This document shows positions 29,863 to 39,377 of a stretch of 64,000 bases of DNA, piece after piece. Numbering within the stretch: position 1 is the stretch's first letter; each line of letters starts with the position of its first letter. Made by a program: the position numbers and the translations under genes. The notes below the pieces were generated by a model that was not told where the DNA came from, did no database searches, and saw only the letters and a list, made by a program, of their open reading frames with translations. This DNA comes from Patescibacteria group bacterium (GTDB lineage: Bacteria > Patescibacteriota > Minisyncoccia > Phycocordibacterales > DATDWN01), in the NCBI GenBank assembly GCA_040389125.1, contig JAZKAN010000001.1:178737-242736 (forward strand). The letters run 5' to 3'.

Positions 29863-31370
29863 GCAAAACCTGGGAAAAAGTCGATCTTGATATGCTTAAC
29901 TCCCATTTGTTTTAATGTTTTTTCAAACATAGCGACCATACTATGCGGCCCTGATATATAAAATTGTCGTTCTGCAAAATCTGGAATTTCCGCACGTATC
30001 ATGTCTGCAGTAATAAATCCCTTGCGAAATGAGGGCGGAAGTTCACTCGGCACATCGTCAGTAACTGCATATACCGTGCGAATATCGAGCGTCTCCTCTG
30101 CTATATCAAATATATCTTTGTATGCAATATCCTGCATCGTGCGATTTGAATACAGCATGACCACATCACGTTTTTCTTTCATATCAATCATGTATTTGAC
30201 CATGCTACGAAACGGTGTGACTCCGATACCACCTGCAATGAAAACTAGTTTCTGTGTTGTATCATGTGGCAATGTGAAATTTCCGGCGAGTTGTGATGCT
30301 ATGATAGTGCCTCCTGTTGGAATCTGTCCGAGTGCTAGTTTGAAACTACTCGACTGTTCGTAAAATTTGATACCGAGACGAATATCACTTTCTGTCGGGG
30401 ATGATGATAGAGTAAAATATCTACGGTTACCGCGCGTATCCATATTGTCGTGACCAAGTGTCCACTCCATGTATTGTCCAGGTCTATACGGAAAACGTTT
30501 TTCTAATGTAAACACAAATTCATCTGTATCTTTTGCTATTTCCTTTTTATCTTTTAGAGTCAAAATCGTTCTAATCTTTGGGCTGACTATATACGAAAAA
30601 ATATTTCCAAGAATAAGTGCAAGTTGTGGTGTTGAATACACTGATCCAATATGAAACTGGAGTCCAAAAAGTACACCAACAATACCACCATATACCACCT
30701 GTAAATTCAGTGATGGAGGAGTGGTGAGAGGTTCAGTAAGCATGACTGCGCCGAAAAAGACAATTGGTCCTGAGAACAGAATACTATTTAGAATTTCTAA
30801 AACTGGTATTCCGTATGTAAGACCGGTAATAGTAGAAACAATAATCGCTGGGATAAAGAAACTAAAAAAAAGTGTGAATCTGCGAGTTTTGCGAAGTGTG
30901 AGAAGTCCCAACACAGTGACAACTGGAAGCAGAACGCTACTACCAACCCACCATGAAAATCCAGTTACACCAAATATTCCCAGGAGAACAATACTAATCG
31001 CAACAGGATTAAAAATATGTTTCCGGTTAATATTAAAAATATATTTTGAACCCATCGCGAGCACCCCAACAACTATGTATAACAAAATATCCGAGTATGT
31101 AGTGAGTGGTGTCAATATAAAAAACAAAATAATGCCCGTAATCCACTCTGACTCAGCATTGCGTGGCACACCGAGAAATAATGCAAAGAGTTTGTTTGAT
31201 AAGTAACACACTGCGAAAATCAAAACGAGAGAATACAGGAGGTGTAAACCACTAAATGTGAGTATACCAAGAAATCCAAAAACGATTGAAATCAGTGCAA
31301 GAATACAGAGGCTATAGAGAGCAACTCTATACATAGTAATCTTATTTAAAAAGGTATCTATTGGATTCAT
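29859..31370 (-). CDS. NqrB/RnfD-like membrane domain fused to an FNR-type FAD/NAD(P) oxidoreductase
   Basis: Multi-TM N-half with KHIFNP and MLTEPLTTP; C-half RYFTLSS, IAGGIGVTPFRSM, YISGP. Confidence 0.85.
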   Translation of the reverse strand: MNPIDTFLNKITMYRVALYSLCILALISIVFGFLGILTFSGLHLLYSLVLIFAVCYLSNKLFALFLGVPRNAESEWITGIILFFILTPLTTYSDILLYIVVGVLAMGSKYIFNINRKHIFNPVAISIVLLGIFGVTGFSWWVGSSVLLPVVTVLGLLTLRKTRRFTLFFSFFIPAIIVSTITGLTYGIPVLEILNSILFSGPIVFFGAVMLTEPLTTPPSLNLQVVYGGIVGVLFGLQFHIGSVYSTPQLALILGNIFSYIVSPKIRTILTLKDKKEIAKDTDEFVFTLEKRFPYRPGQYMEWTLGHDNMDTRGNRRYFTLSSSPTESDIRLGIKFYEQSSSFKLALGQIPTGGTIIASQLAGNFTLPHDTTQKLVFIAGGIGVTPFRSMVKYMIDMKEKRDVVMLYSNRTMQDIAYKDIFDIAEETLDIRTVYAVTDDVPSELPPSFRKGFITADMIRAEIPDFAERQFYISGPHSMVAMFEKTLKQMGVKHIKIDFFPGFA

Positions 31371-31382
31371 ATATATAGTATA

Positions 31383-32255
31383 TCACTCCTTTATAAATAC
31401 CTCTGCGACAAATCCTTCTGATTTTTCTATTGAATAGTCTGGGCGCAAAAGCAAATATTCAAAATTAAATTTCTGTTGCAATACAGATGCGGGGACAAAA
31501 AAAAGTGCAGTAGTAAGGAGATCAGCAAGAATAGTGCTGTCTGCCGTAACCCACACAGCAAGCATGTCATCTGGTGAGGAAAGGTTCTCGGGATGAATAA
31601 TATGATGAAATCTCCCCCATCGTCTACGATTGCCGGCGGATCCACAGAGACTTTGGTTTGAAATAACTACCACGCCCAGAACCTGACTCGGATCATCGGG
31701 ATGTTCCAGTCCGACACGGAGATTTTCTATAGTATGTCGGTGTCGCATGTCTCCGCTTGCATCCACACAATATTCCAGAATCCCATTTTGCTCTAGTAGT
31801 TCACTTATAATATCCACCAGATATCCCTTTCCTCCCGCTCCAAAATCAAGTAGTGCAGGTTGTTTCAAAACAAGTTTGGGATGTTCATATTCTAGTACAT
31901 CATCCCACTCCCGTGCACGTGACATTTCTTTCTCCACAAACGAATACTCTGCGTCGTATCCCGCATCCGACAAAACCTGTCCCACTAGCGGAGTCACCGC
32001 ACCTCCAGTTACTTCATACACAACACGATACAAGGACATCATGTGTTCTGCATCATCTGGAACAATGTACTCACCAGCAGTGTGAGACATGCGCGTGACT
32101 AGAGAGTCCTGTCTAAAACGAGAATAGGCGAGATCAAAAATCTCAATGCGACTTTTTATTTTTTGCAATACAGATTCTTCCTCGTCTTGAGTAATCTGGG
32201 TATACACATCTATACGCCAATGTGTACCAATAGCTTCAAACTCAAATGTAGTCAT
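31383..32255 (-). CDS. apbE: FAD:protein FMN transferase (ApbE family)
   Basis: AIGT, YSRFRQDS, LDFGAGGKGY, HHIIHP, AD.L.TA. Confidence 0.9.
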   Translation of the reverse strand: MTTFEFEAIGTHWRIDVYTQITQDEEESVLQKIKSRIEIFDLAYSRFRQDSLVTRMSHTAGEYIVPDDAEHMMSLYRVVYEVTGGAVTPLVGQVLSDAGYDAEYSFVEKEMSRAREWDDVLEYEHPKLVLKQPALLDFGAGGKGYLVDIISELLEQNGILEYCVDASGDMRHRHTIENLRVGLEHPDDPSQVLGVVVISNQSLCGSAGNRRRWGRFHHIIHPENLSSPDDMLAVWVTADSTILADLLTTALFFVPASVLQQKFNFEYLLLRPDYSIEKSEGFVAEVFIKE

Positions 32256-32264
32256 ACAAAAAAA

Positions 32265-32750
32265 TTATGCTTGTGCCTGTATTTCTATCTTAGAAATTGC
32301 ATCATTCCAACCTCGTGGAGTGAGAGATGATCCTGAAACTTTAGTGAGTTGTACATCTGTGATTTTCTTGCCGATTACGTACTGTTTGAAACCTGAAGTA
32401 AATTTTGTTTGGAATTCCTGTGATTCCCGAACTACTGCCTGCGGAGTAACAGTAGCGGCTGTGATTACTCCACCTTGGAGGGTTACATTAATTTTGATTG
32501 TTTCTGGACCAGCAGGAGAAATATATGCACCAGTCGCAGAATACGAACCATCCTTGAATTGTCCAGATGTGACAACAGTAGTATCGCCAGAATCAGTCGT
32601 TGTGGCATTTGGATTCACACTTTCTGAACCTGCTGATGTACCACTAGTAACAGGAATCTCGGTAGGTGCTGACGACTGCATATTTCGATACGCAACATAT
32701 CCGAAGAAAACAACTAACACCCCTACAGACAAAATTATTTTTTTATTCAT
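32265..32750 (-). CDS. membrane-anchored FMN-binding domain protein
   Basis: TM, Ser/Thr linker, KDGSY, VSGSSLT flavinylation-like motif; next to apbE. Confidence 0.8.
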   Translation of the reverse strand: MNKKIILSVGVLVVFFGYVAYRNMQSSAPTEIPVTSGTSAGSESVNPNATTTDSGDTTVVTSGQFKDGSYSATGAYISPAGPETIKINVTLQGGVITAATVTPQAVVRESQEFQTKFTSGFKQYVIGKKITDVQLTKVSGSSLTPRGWNDAISKIEIQAQA

Positions 32751-32773
32751 ATCCTAATAGTATACAGATTTTT

Positions 32774-33127
32774 TTATTTTTTAAAAGATTTTTTATTTTT
32801 TATTGTAAATGCCTTGTCCAGCTGATCGGGCACAATGCCATGTTCCTGCAAAATTTGTTTCAAGGTTTTACCTGACTTTAATTCTTTTTTTACCATACCT
32901 CTGTCGAGACCGAGACTTGTTGCCAGTTTACCTACCTTTGCTGTGGAATTCCAACTATGCATGAGATGCATACCAGTTGGAGCCGATACCTGCTCTGTAG
33001 GCGACGAATAATCCTGAGTATCTGCATATGCGGTACCAGAACCCATCCACATCATACCCGCCAAAATACCACTACTTGCACCCAATAAAATACGCTTTTT
33101 AACCTTGTTATATCGTTTATATTTCAT
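32774..33127 (-). CDS. hypothetical exported protein
   Basis: Basic N-terminus, hydrophobic core, AYA cleavage site. Confidence 0.7.
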   Translation of the reverse strand: MKYKRYNKVKKRILLGASSGILAGMMWMGSGTAYADTQDYSSPTEQVSAPTGMHLMHSWNSTAKVGKLATSLGLDRGMVKKELKSGKTLKQILQEHGIVPDQLDKAFTIKNKKSFKK

Positions 33128-33190
33128 TATTTGATGTATTATTTTATAGTTTACTCACACTATTTGATACATCTTAATCATGAATTTATT

Positions 33191-33904
33191 TCATTGACTA
33201 TTAAACTTTTTTATTCCATATGCATGGATTTCTCCATTGACTATATCACCAGCCACGAAAACGTGATCTCCGATTGTAATAAATAAAGAAACCTGTGTTG
33301 AGGTGGGTGTAATAACTCGTATAAGACGGCTTTCCTCGTCAGTGTCTGGGTGCATCATGAACGTATTATCCTCTATTTCTCGTACCACCCCTTCAAATAC
33401 ACCTCTGTCTTCATGAGGATGGCGTAGCCCTGTATAGAAGCCACCTACAACAGGCAATGCGTTATGCTCTGCACGATTCATTATCCTGCCGTGGATAGGT
33501 GTGGCAGTATTTACGACATAACTGACAACTACAATACATATTGCCGTGCCAGCAAACAGAAATATTGTCGGACTATGATACCCAAACCGAAATCGCTTGA
33601 GAAGAAGGCCGAGTATTGTAACGAGCACAATATCAACCAAAAACACTACCCATGGAAACAGAACAATAAACACGAAAACTCCCCTCCAACCAAATCCCAG
33701 CAGAAACAGTCGCCCACTTATCGAGAGACTAAACAATGTGTAGCTAATCAGGAAAATCGAAGTAATCAAAATAAGAACCATAAGGAGAACAGAGATAATC
33801 ACGGAGAAAATAAAATAAATTTTTGGGCGCATTGAAACCTCCCCCGCCTCAATTTTTTCGAGAACTTTTTGTTTGAGATTTTCTTGTGTATGTGTGTCGT
33901 TCAT
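33191..33904 (-). CDS. membrane protein, putative anti-sigma factor
   Basis: About 3 TM segments, directly downstream of the ECF sigma gene. Confidence 0.6.
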   Translation of the reverse strand: MNDTHTQENLKQKVLEKIEAGEVSMRPKIYFIFSVIISVLLMVLILITSIFLISYTLFSLSISGRLFLLGFGWRGVFVFIVLFPWVVFLVDIVLVTILGLLLKRFRFGYHSPTIFLFAGTAICIVVVSYVVNTATPIHGRIMNRAEHNALPVVGGFYTGLRHPHEDRGVFEGVVREIEDNTFMMHPDTDEESRLIRVITPTSTQVSLFITIGDHVFVAGDIVNGEIHAYGIKKFNSQ

Positions 33905-33908
33905 ATAT

Positions 33909-34484
33909 TTAATGTAAATCAATCTTTAGATCAGCATACGATTTGCGGAGAGCGGCTTTAGCCCGACTGAGCCGGATTCCTACCGTTCCTATTGGTATCC
34001 GCAAAATGTCCGATATTTCCTGATAACTGAATTCCTCGAGATAATACAACACGAGGATTTCTCGGTAATTCGGCGACAGTTTCTCGAGTCCTGCGTCCAC
34101 AATTTTTCTCATTTCTTTTTGCTCTCTCTCTTTTACAATCGGATCGTCCACCACTGTGTGAGATATAAGCGTATCAAAATCAAACATATAGAGTGGCGAA
34201 CGAGATTGTTTCTTGAGTGCATTCACGTATGTGTTGTGTGCGATACGGTAGATCCACGATGAGAATTTCTGTTTGGTGTCAAAACTCTGGATATTTTGAT
34301 ATGTTTTTATAAACACCTCTTGTACCACATCTTCTATATTGTCTTGATTTGAGAGAAATTTATTGCCATATCGAAAGAGCTTTCGCTCGTAGCGTTCCAT
34401 CAGTATCCCAAACTGTTCCTTGTCTCCATGTTGGACTAGAAGGGCCAGTTCCTCGTCGGTAAGCTCTACAGCGGGTATATTCAT
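33909..34484 (-). CDS. ECF RNA polymerase sigma factor
   Basis: EDVVQEVFIK, FSSWIYRIAHN, SYQEISDILRIPIGTV. Confidence 0.95.
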   Translation of the reverse strand: MNIPAVELTDEELALLVQHGDKEQFGILMERYERKLFRYGNKFLSNQDNIEDVVQEVFIKTYQNIQSFDTKQKFSSWIYRIAHNTYVNALKKQSRSPLYMFDFDTLISHTVVDDPIVKEREQKEMRKIVDAGLEKLSPNYREILVLYYLEEFSYQEISDILRIPIGTVGIRLSRAKAALRKSYADLKIDLH

Positions 34485-34553
34485 CTCTGTAACTATATAA
34501 TTAGTACACCTAGGAATCAACATTCTTTCATATGCAAAAGCTTTGAATATAAA

Positions 34554-36269
34554 TTATCCAAAAGTAAACGTAAAAGCATTCAGTCCCGCCTTGGGCACAT
34601 CAATTTCCAAAGTATGTTTGCCGTAGTCCTCTCCCTGGATCAGAGTGTAGAGTTGGTTGCCACTTATTGTTACAGTGTTCACTTTTTTGCCATCACGTAA
34701 AATTGTGATCGTCATGGGTATATCGCTACTTGCCACAAAATACACATTTTTTGCGTCATAATTAAAAAATATTTTTGTCTCGCCTTTTGATGTTGCATAC
34801 TCAGGAGAGATATTCCATACGCCATCCAGATACAGCAAGTTATCGTATCGCGAGTTTGGAATTGTAAATACCTGAGATCCATTTATTCCCTGCCTACCGT
34901 TTGCCAGGTACTCATTCCGACTGGATCCAAAATATGTTTCAGGACTCGCAATTTTTCTTGGATCAACCGAAACCACATTTGTGGGCTGTGCGATAGGTTC
35001 CGAAACGGGAGCGTTATTTAATTCTGAAAGTGCGGACTGGATTGCGAGTTCTGTTTCCTCGTACCCACCTTCGCCAATATGATCGTAAATAATCTCACCA
35101 CGACTATTTATCAGATATTTTCTCGGCCAATACTGATTTCCGTATGCATTCCATGTCGCGTAGTCGTTATCCATGACTACCGGATACTCGATACCAAACC
35201 GCTTGATCGCGTCTTCTACATTGGATTGCACTTTTTCAAATGCAAATTCCGGAGTATGTAGTCCGATCACCTCGAGTCCCATGTCTTTATATTTTTTGTA
35301 CCACTCCACAACATATGGCAATGTCCTCTGACAGTTGATACAGCTGTATGTCCAGACATCCAGCAGAATAACTTTTTTTCCCTTGAACTCGCCGATTGTG
35401 ATAGGTTTGCCATCTGTATTTATAAATCCACTAGGTTTTACTATTTCAGGAGCCTTGGGACCATGCGAGATATTTTTTGATGTAGTGCTCGATGTATTTG
35501 TATTTAAAAATCCAAGTTCGTTACTGTTATATACATTTGGCATTGTTTGTAATCCTAAAAGTTTTTGTTCTATACGAGTCACATCAAATATTCCATGTGC
35601 AAGGAGTGACGCCTCGATTTTTTTATCTACCCCAAACATAATTCCAATACCAAGAATAATGAATAGTAGCCCGAGACTTCGTTTGAATATGCCGTGACTA
35701 TCCGCAATTCCACCGAGACGCGCAATAATTTTCTGTCCTAAAAATGCCACAACAAGAAGCATCCCCGAAAGCCCAACTGCATAGGCTAGCAAATCAATCG
35801 TCCCCACCAGGAGTGACTGTGGCAATACAGTAGCCAAAATAACAAAATATGTTGGAGAGCATGTAGAGAACACTGGTCCTAGTGAGCCGCCTACAATAAT
35901 ATCTCCCCAGAAACTTTGTTTCTGATACCCCACTCCAAGTATTCTATTTGAGTCCACTGATAGTCGCGAAACAAATGGAATATTCTCCCATAACTCTGGA
36001 AAAAGGTTCACGAGTCCAAATAGTACAATAATGGATCCAGAAATAACTGCCCAGACTTCCGGTGGTATTGAAATAAAAAGTGTTGAGACTTTTAGAATAA
36101 ATGTAAAGACGATAACAGAAACACCAAGAGACAATGCAATTGTGATGGCTTTCTTTTTGTTTTTCTCACCCACTACTGAACTTCCAACAATAACTGGCAA
36201 AAGTGGTAATGTACACGGTGCGAGAATAGTGAGCACACCCGCAACAAACGAAAGTATGAAAAGTATCAT
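34554..36269 (-). CDS. DipZ-like CcdA-thioredoxin fusion
   Basis: APCTLPLLP and STCSP in the CcdA domain; WTYSCINC, HTPEFAFEK, SPETY. Confidence 0.92.
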   Translation of the reverse strand: MILFILSFVAGVLTILAPCTLPLLPVIVGSSVVGEKNKKKAITIALSLGVSVIVFTFILKVSTLFISIPPEVWAVISGSIIVLFGLVNLFPELWENIPFVSRLSVDSNRILGVGYQKQSFWGDIIVGGSLGPVFSTCSPTYFVILATVLPQSLLVGTIDLLAYAVGLSGMLLVVAFLGQKIIARLGGIADSHGIFKRSLGLLFIILGIGIMFGVDKKIEASLLAHGIFDVTRIEQKLLGLQTMPNVYNSNELGFLNTNTSSTTSKNISHGPKAPEIVKPSGFINTDGKPITIGEFKGKKVILLDVWTYSCINCQRTLPYVVEWYKKYKDMGLEVIGLHTPEFAFEKVQSNVEDAIKRFGIEYPVVMDNDYATWNAYGNQYWPRKYLINSRGEIIYDHIGEGGYEETELAIQSALSELNNAPVSEPIAQPTNVVSVDPRKIASPETYFGSSRNEYLANGRQGINGSQVFTIPNSRYDNLLYLDGVWNISPEYATSKGETKIFFNYDAKNVYFVASSDIPMTITILRDGKKVNTVTISGNQLYTLIQGEDYGKHTLEIDVPKAGLNAFTFTFG

Positions 36270-36322
36270 GAGTTGTATTATCGCACATTGGTTTTTTATG
36301 GTCTACCTTGTATACTTATTAT

Positions 36323-36538
36323 ATGGAACCAAACACATCAAATATTGAAGCGAGAATGCAACTTTTGGAGCAGAAAATTGACAGTATTTATATTTCTGTC
36401 GAGAAAACACGAAATTATTTTAAATGGTCAGCTATTATTACAGTCGTGTTATTTGTCTTGCCACTTATTGGAATACTATTTGTTGCACCTTCATTTATTT
36501 CCAACTATACGACCACACTCCAGGATTTGAGCCAATAA
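36323..36538 (+). CDS. small membrane protein
   Basis: Coiled coil + TM (KIDSIYISVEKTRNYF). Confidence 0.7.
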   Translation: MEPNTSNIEARMQLLEQKIDSIYISVEKTRNYFKWSAIITVVLFVLPLIGILFVAPSFISNYTTTLQDLSQ

Positions 36539-36673
36539 TGATTCAGACAAAACAAAAAATGCAAAAACTTATTTACCGGAGCTTTTGTATTTATACATTC
36601 TTCATTTGTTTCAGATATACTGAAATAGTTCACAAATAGGAGTCATAGACAGAATTATCAGTATAAAAAAATC

Positions 36674-36943
36674 ATGAATACAATAACATTTCCATATACA
36701 AATCTACTAACGGTTTTTAAAAAAATACTCGTTTTCTTTGGAATTGAAGAGGATCAGGCACGGGAGAAAGAGGAGCTTTCAGGCGAACATGAGGAGGAGC
36801 GCAATGAACTAAATGAAAAGCACCAAGCAGAACGAGATGCAGAAAAAGAACGCCTCGCAAAAGAAGCCGATGAAGCAAAGGCAGAAAAAGAAGATGCTGA
36901 AAGACGAGAAAATGAGGCAACAGAAAAACAAAAAGAATTATAA
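36674..36943 (+). CDS. charged coiled-coil hypothetical protein
   Basis: E/K/R/A-rich 89 aa, followed by a hairpin at 36953-36990. Confidence 0.65.
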   Translation: MNTITFPYTNLLTVFKKILVFFGIEEDQAREKEELSGEHEEERNELNEKHQAERDAEKERLAKEADEAKAEKEDAERRENEATEKQKEL

Positions 36944-36983
36944 ATGAATACGCAAATAGCACATCCAGTTTACTCGGGATGTG

Positions 36984-37445
36984 CTATTTGTTTTCTGACA
37001 TTTTCAAAATAGTGTCAAAATGCCTTTTGAGTACCGGCTGTACAGACAATCTACTGCCCCGCTGGACCAGCATCATGTCATCCAAATCACGAGAAAATCT
37101 AATCTGTGGTAGTGTGACAGGATTCTTAAATTTACTGACAAATTTTATATCAACACACATCCACATTGGATTTTCGATGGTTGATTTTGGATCAAAATGA
37201 TCATTACTCGTATCGAGAGCCGTAGTGTCTGGGTGTGGCAGACTGGCAACCTCAGCAACTCCAACCACACTCGGTGGATTTCCACCCGAGTGATAAAACA
37301 ATACTGGATCACCTATTTTCATCGAGTCACGCATAAAATTCCGTGCCTGATAATTACGAATCCCAGTCCATGCTGTTTTCTTGTCTTTTTTCAGATCATC
37401 TATCGAATAGCAATCCGCTTCACTTTTTACGAGCCAGTAATTCAT
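36984..37445 (-). CDS. EVE domain protein
   Basis: YWLVKSE, WTGIRNYQARNFM, FYHS, RLSVQPV. Confidence 0.93.
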   Translation of the reverse strand: MNYWLVKSEADCYSIDDLKKDKKTAWTGIRNYQARNFMRDSMKIGDPVLFYHSGGNPPSVVGVAEVASLPHPDTTALDTSNDHFDPKSTIENPMWMCVDIKFVSKFKNPVTLPQIRFSRDLDDMMLVQRGSRLSVQPVLKRHFDTILKMSENK

Positions 37446-37477
37446 ACCATTTTATTTTATCATATGATATTCAGTAA

Positions 37478-37747
37478 TTATTTTTTAGAAGGAAACGTAT
37501 ACCCTTCAGCAAGAAGGATCTGCCTTTTTCTTTCTACTCCGCCACGGTTGTATCCACCCATACCACCGTCCGAACGCACTACTCTGTGACACGGAATATC
37601 CGGAGCAAAGTTTGCTTTCATAATACTCCCTACTGCTCGCGAGGCACCTGGACTCCCCGCCTTTGTCGCGACCTGTTTGTATGTCAAAACTTTTCCCTTA
37701 GGAATCTTCCTCACAATATTTTTAACTTTTTGAGTGAAGGTAAACAT
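37478..37747 (-). CDS. MGMT/Ogt-family alkyltransferase (C-terminal domain only)
   Basis: IPKGKVLTY, SRAVG, IPCHRVV. Confidence 0.92.
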   Translation of the reverse strand: MFTFTQKVKNIVRKIPKGKVLTYKQVATKAGSPGASRAVGSIMKANFAPDIPCHRVVRSDGGMGGYNRGGVERKRQILLAEGYTFPSKK

Positions 37748-37777
37748 GTTCCATATTAATTAACTTATATTTGTTTT

Positions 37778-37901
37778 CTAGAACTGACGTAGATGGATGA
37801 AATCCGCGAAGGGAGAGGAAAATAATTGGAGACGTACACCGGTACGTTGAGAATTATTTTCTGAATTCCGACAAAGGAGTTCGCCATCTACTAAGTTCTA
37901 G
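37778..37901 (+). repeat. structured palindromic element, family B copy 4
   Basis: GATGAAATCC...GGAG-ACGTAC-ACCG-GTACGT-TGA...AGGAGTTCGC; outer arms CTAGAACT/AGTTCTAG. Confidence 0.8.
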
Positions 37902-38468
37902 CTAGTATTTCCGTATCACCCCCTTCACAATCGCCGCCACCTTGAGTTCGTATTGTGGATAGATGGGTCTGTAATTTTTATTTGCCGGTAAAAGATAAAT
38001 CTTGTCACCTTTTTTCTTGTAGTATTTCATTGTCCAACCCCCATCAACCTCGGCGATAACAATGTCTCCATCTCGTGGGTTACCACGACGCTCTGCTATG
38101 ACCAAATCCCCCTCCTTTATTCCCTCGTCAATCATGGAATCACCTTTAACTTCGAGAAGATATGTGGATTCTTTGTTCCGAACAAGATATTCATCTAGAT
38201 TGAGTGTATTCGATCTATCCTCGTCAACTGTTGTTGGGAATCCTGCCTCAACCAGTCCCAGAAGTGGCAAATCATTGTATGTATTTTCTGGTATTAATTT
38301 ACCCTTTGAATCCTTGCTCACGACACCCTCCTCGATAAGTTTGTTGACGAGTTTGTATACAGCATTTTTAGACTTGAATCCCAGAATCGTCATGATCTCT
38401 GCATATCCAGGCATACGACCATTTCGTTTGTAGAATCCGAATATTTTGTTTTTGTATTCTATACTCAT
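37902..38468 (-). CDS. lexA: LexA-family repressor
   Basis: N-terminal wHTH, VEAGFP cleavage site, GDSM serine, TMK lysine. Confidence 0.88.
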   Translation of the reverse strand: MSIEYKNKIFGFYKRNGRMPGYAEIMTILGFKSKNAVYKLVNKLIEEGVVSKDSKGKLIPENTYNDLPLLGLVEAGFPTTVDEDRSNTLNLDEYLVRNKESTYLLEVKGDSMIDEGIKEGDLVIAERRGNPRDGDIVIAEVDGGWTMKYYKKKGDKIYLLPANKNYRPIYPQYELKVAAIVKGVIRKY

Positions 38469-38484
38469 AGTATGAATTATTTCA

Positions 38485-38694
38485 TTATAGAACAAATGTT
38501 GAAACGAGTTTGAGAGGCCTACCAAACCAACCTGATCTAGTCGCAGGACGGAGTGTCGAAAGCTGTGTCACCAGGAATTTGTGTCGGCGTGCCTCGCGCG
38601 CATATGACAGACCTTTTATTATTTTCAGGTCAATTTGTTCGTTCAAAATCTCTATTTCTTTGCGAACTGTTTTTTCTAATGTATTTTTGCTCAT
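38485..38694 (-). CDS. small basic hypothetical protein upstream of lexA
   Basis: 69 aa ORF directly under the operator-containing promoter. Confidence 0.65.
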   Translation of the reverse strand: MSKNTLEKTVRKEIEILNEQIDLKIIKGLSYAREARRHKFLVTQLSTLRPATRSGWFGRPLKLVSTFVL

Positions 38695-38721
38695 GGTGTA
38701 TTTTGTTAACTTGTTAGATAC

Positions 38722-38751
38722 AGTATAGGTGAACGAGTGTTCACCAGTCAA
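38722..38751 (-). promoter_or_regulatory. promoter with GAAC-N4-GTTC (SOS-box-like) operator
   Basis: TTGACT-[GGTGAACACTCGTTCACC]-TATACT. Confidence 0.75.
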
Positions 38752-38846
38752 GAAAATTTGGTGTGGATAGTGGAGTCAGAAACAAAAAATTCCTTCACGC
38801 AAGTGGTGATGGAATTTAATGTGTTAATCAAAGGGTAATTTAGGAA

Positions 38847-38906
38847 TTATTTCTTTGGTTTTTTTGCTTTCTTTTTTTCTTTTTTGTGTGTTTCTCCTTT
38901 TGCCAT
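38847..38906 (-). CDS. candidate 19-aa lysine-rich micropeptide MAKGETHKKEKKKAKKPKK
   Basis: Manual translation; upstream TGaTATAAT and a downstream hairpin + T tract (~38784-38817). Confidence 0.45.
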   Translation of the reverse strand: MAKGETHKKEKKKAKKPKK

Positions 38907-38993
38907 ATAAAATATTTTAATTAATAATGCATTCAAATTCGCACACTTAAATTATATCATGAAGAGAAATTAAAATGCCATGAAGATTTTAAC

Positions 38994-39332
38994 TTATGCA
39001 TCAATTTTTGCTGCGAGAATAAAATCATTGTTGGAAAGTCCACCAATCGCATGTGTTGTCAGAACTATCGTAACATATTTGTATTCTGTCAGATGAATAT
39101 CTGGGTGATGACCCTCGTCCTCAGCGATTTCTGCAACTTTGTTCACAAATTCGATTGCTGAAGCAAAATCTCTAAATTCGTATTTACGACTGATACTTGC
39201 GTAATCACTTGCAAGTTCCCAGTCTGGAATATGTTTCAAAAGAATCTCTGCATCATCACGAACAATAGGATCCACACCCCCTTCACACGGTACGCATTTT
39301 TGTTCTGTAAGATTAATTTCAGTTTCGTCCAT
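38994..39332 (-). CDS. pterin-4-alpha-carbinolamine dehydratase family
   Basis: CVPCEGG, EGHHPDI, THAIGGLSNNDFILAAKID. Confidence 0.94.
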   Translation of the reverse strand: MDETEINLTEQKCVPCEGGVDPIVRDDAEILLKHIPDWELASDYASISRKYEFRDFASAIEFVNKVAEIAEDEGHHPDIHLTEYKYVTIVLTTHAIGGLSNNDFILAAKIDA

Positions 39333-39377
39333 AAATATATTTAATTAATATAGTATATCATGCAAAAAGCATTCTCC

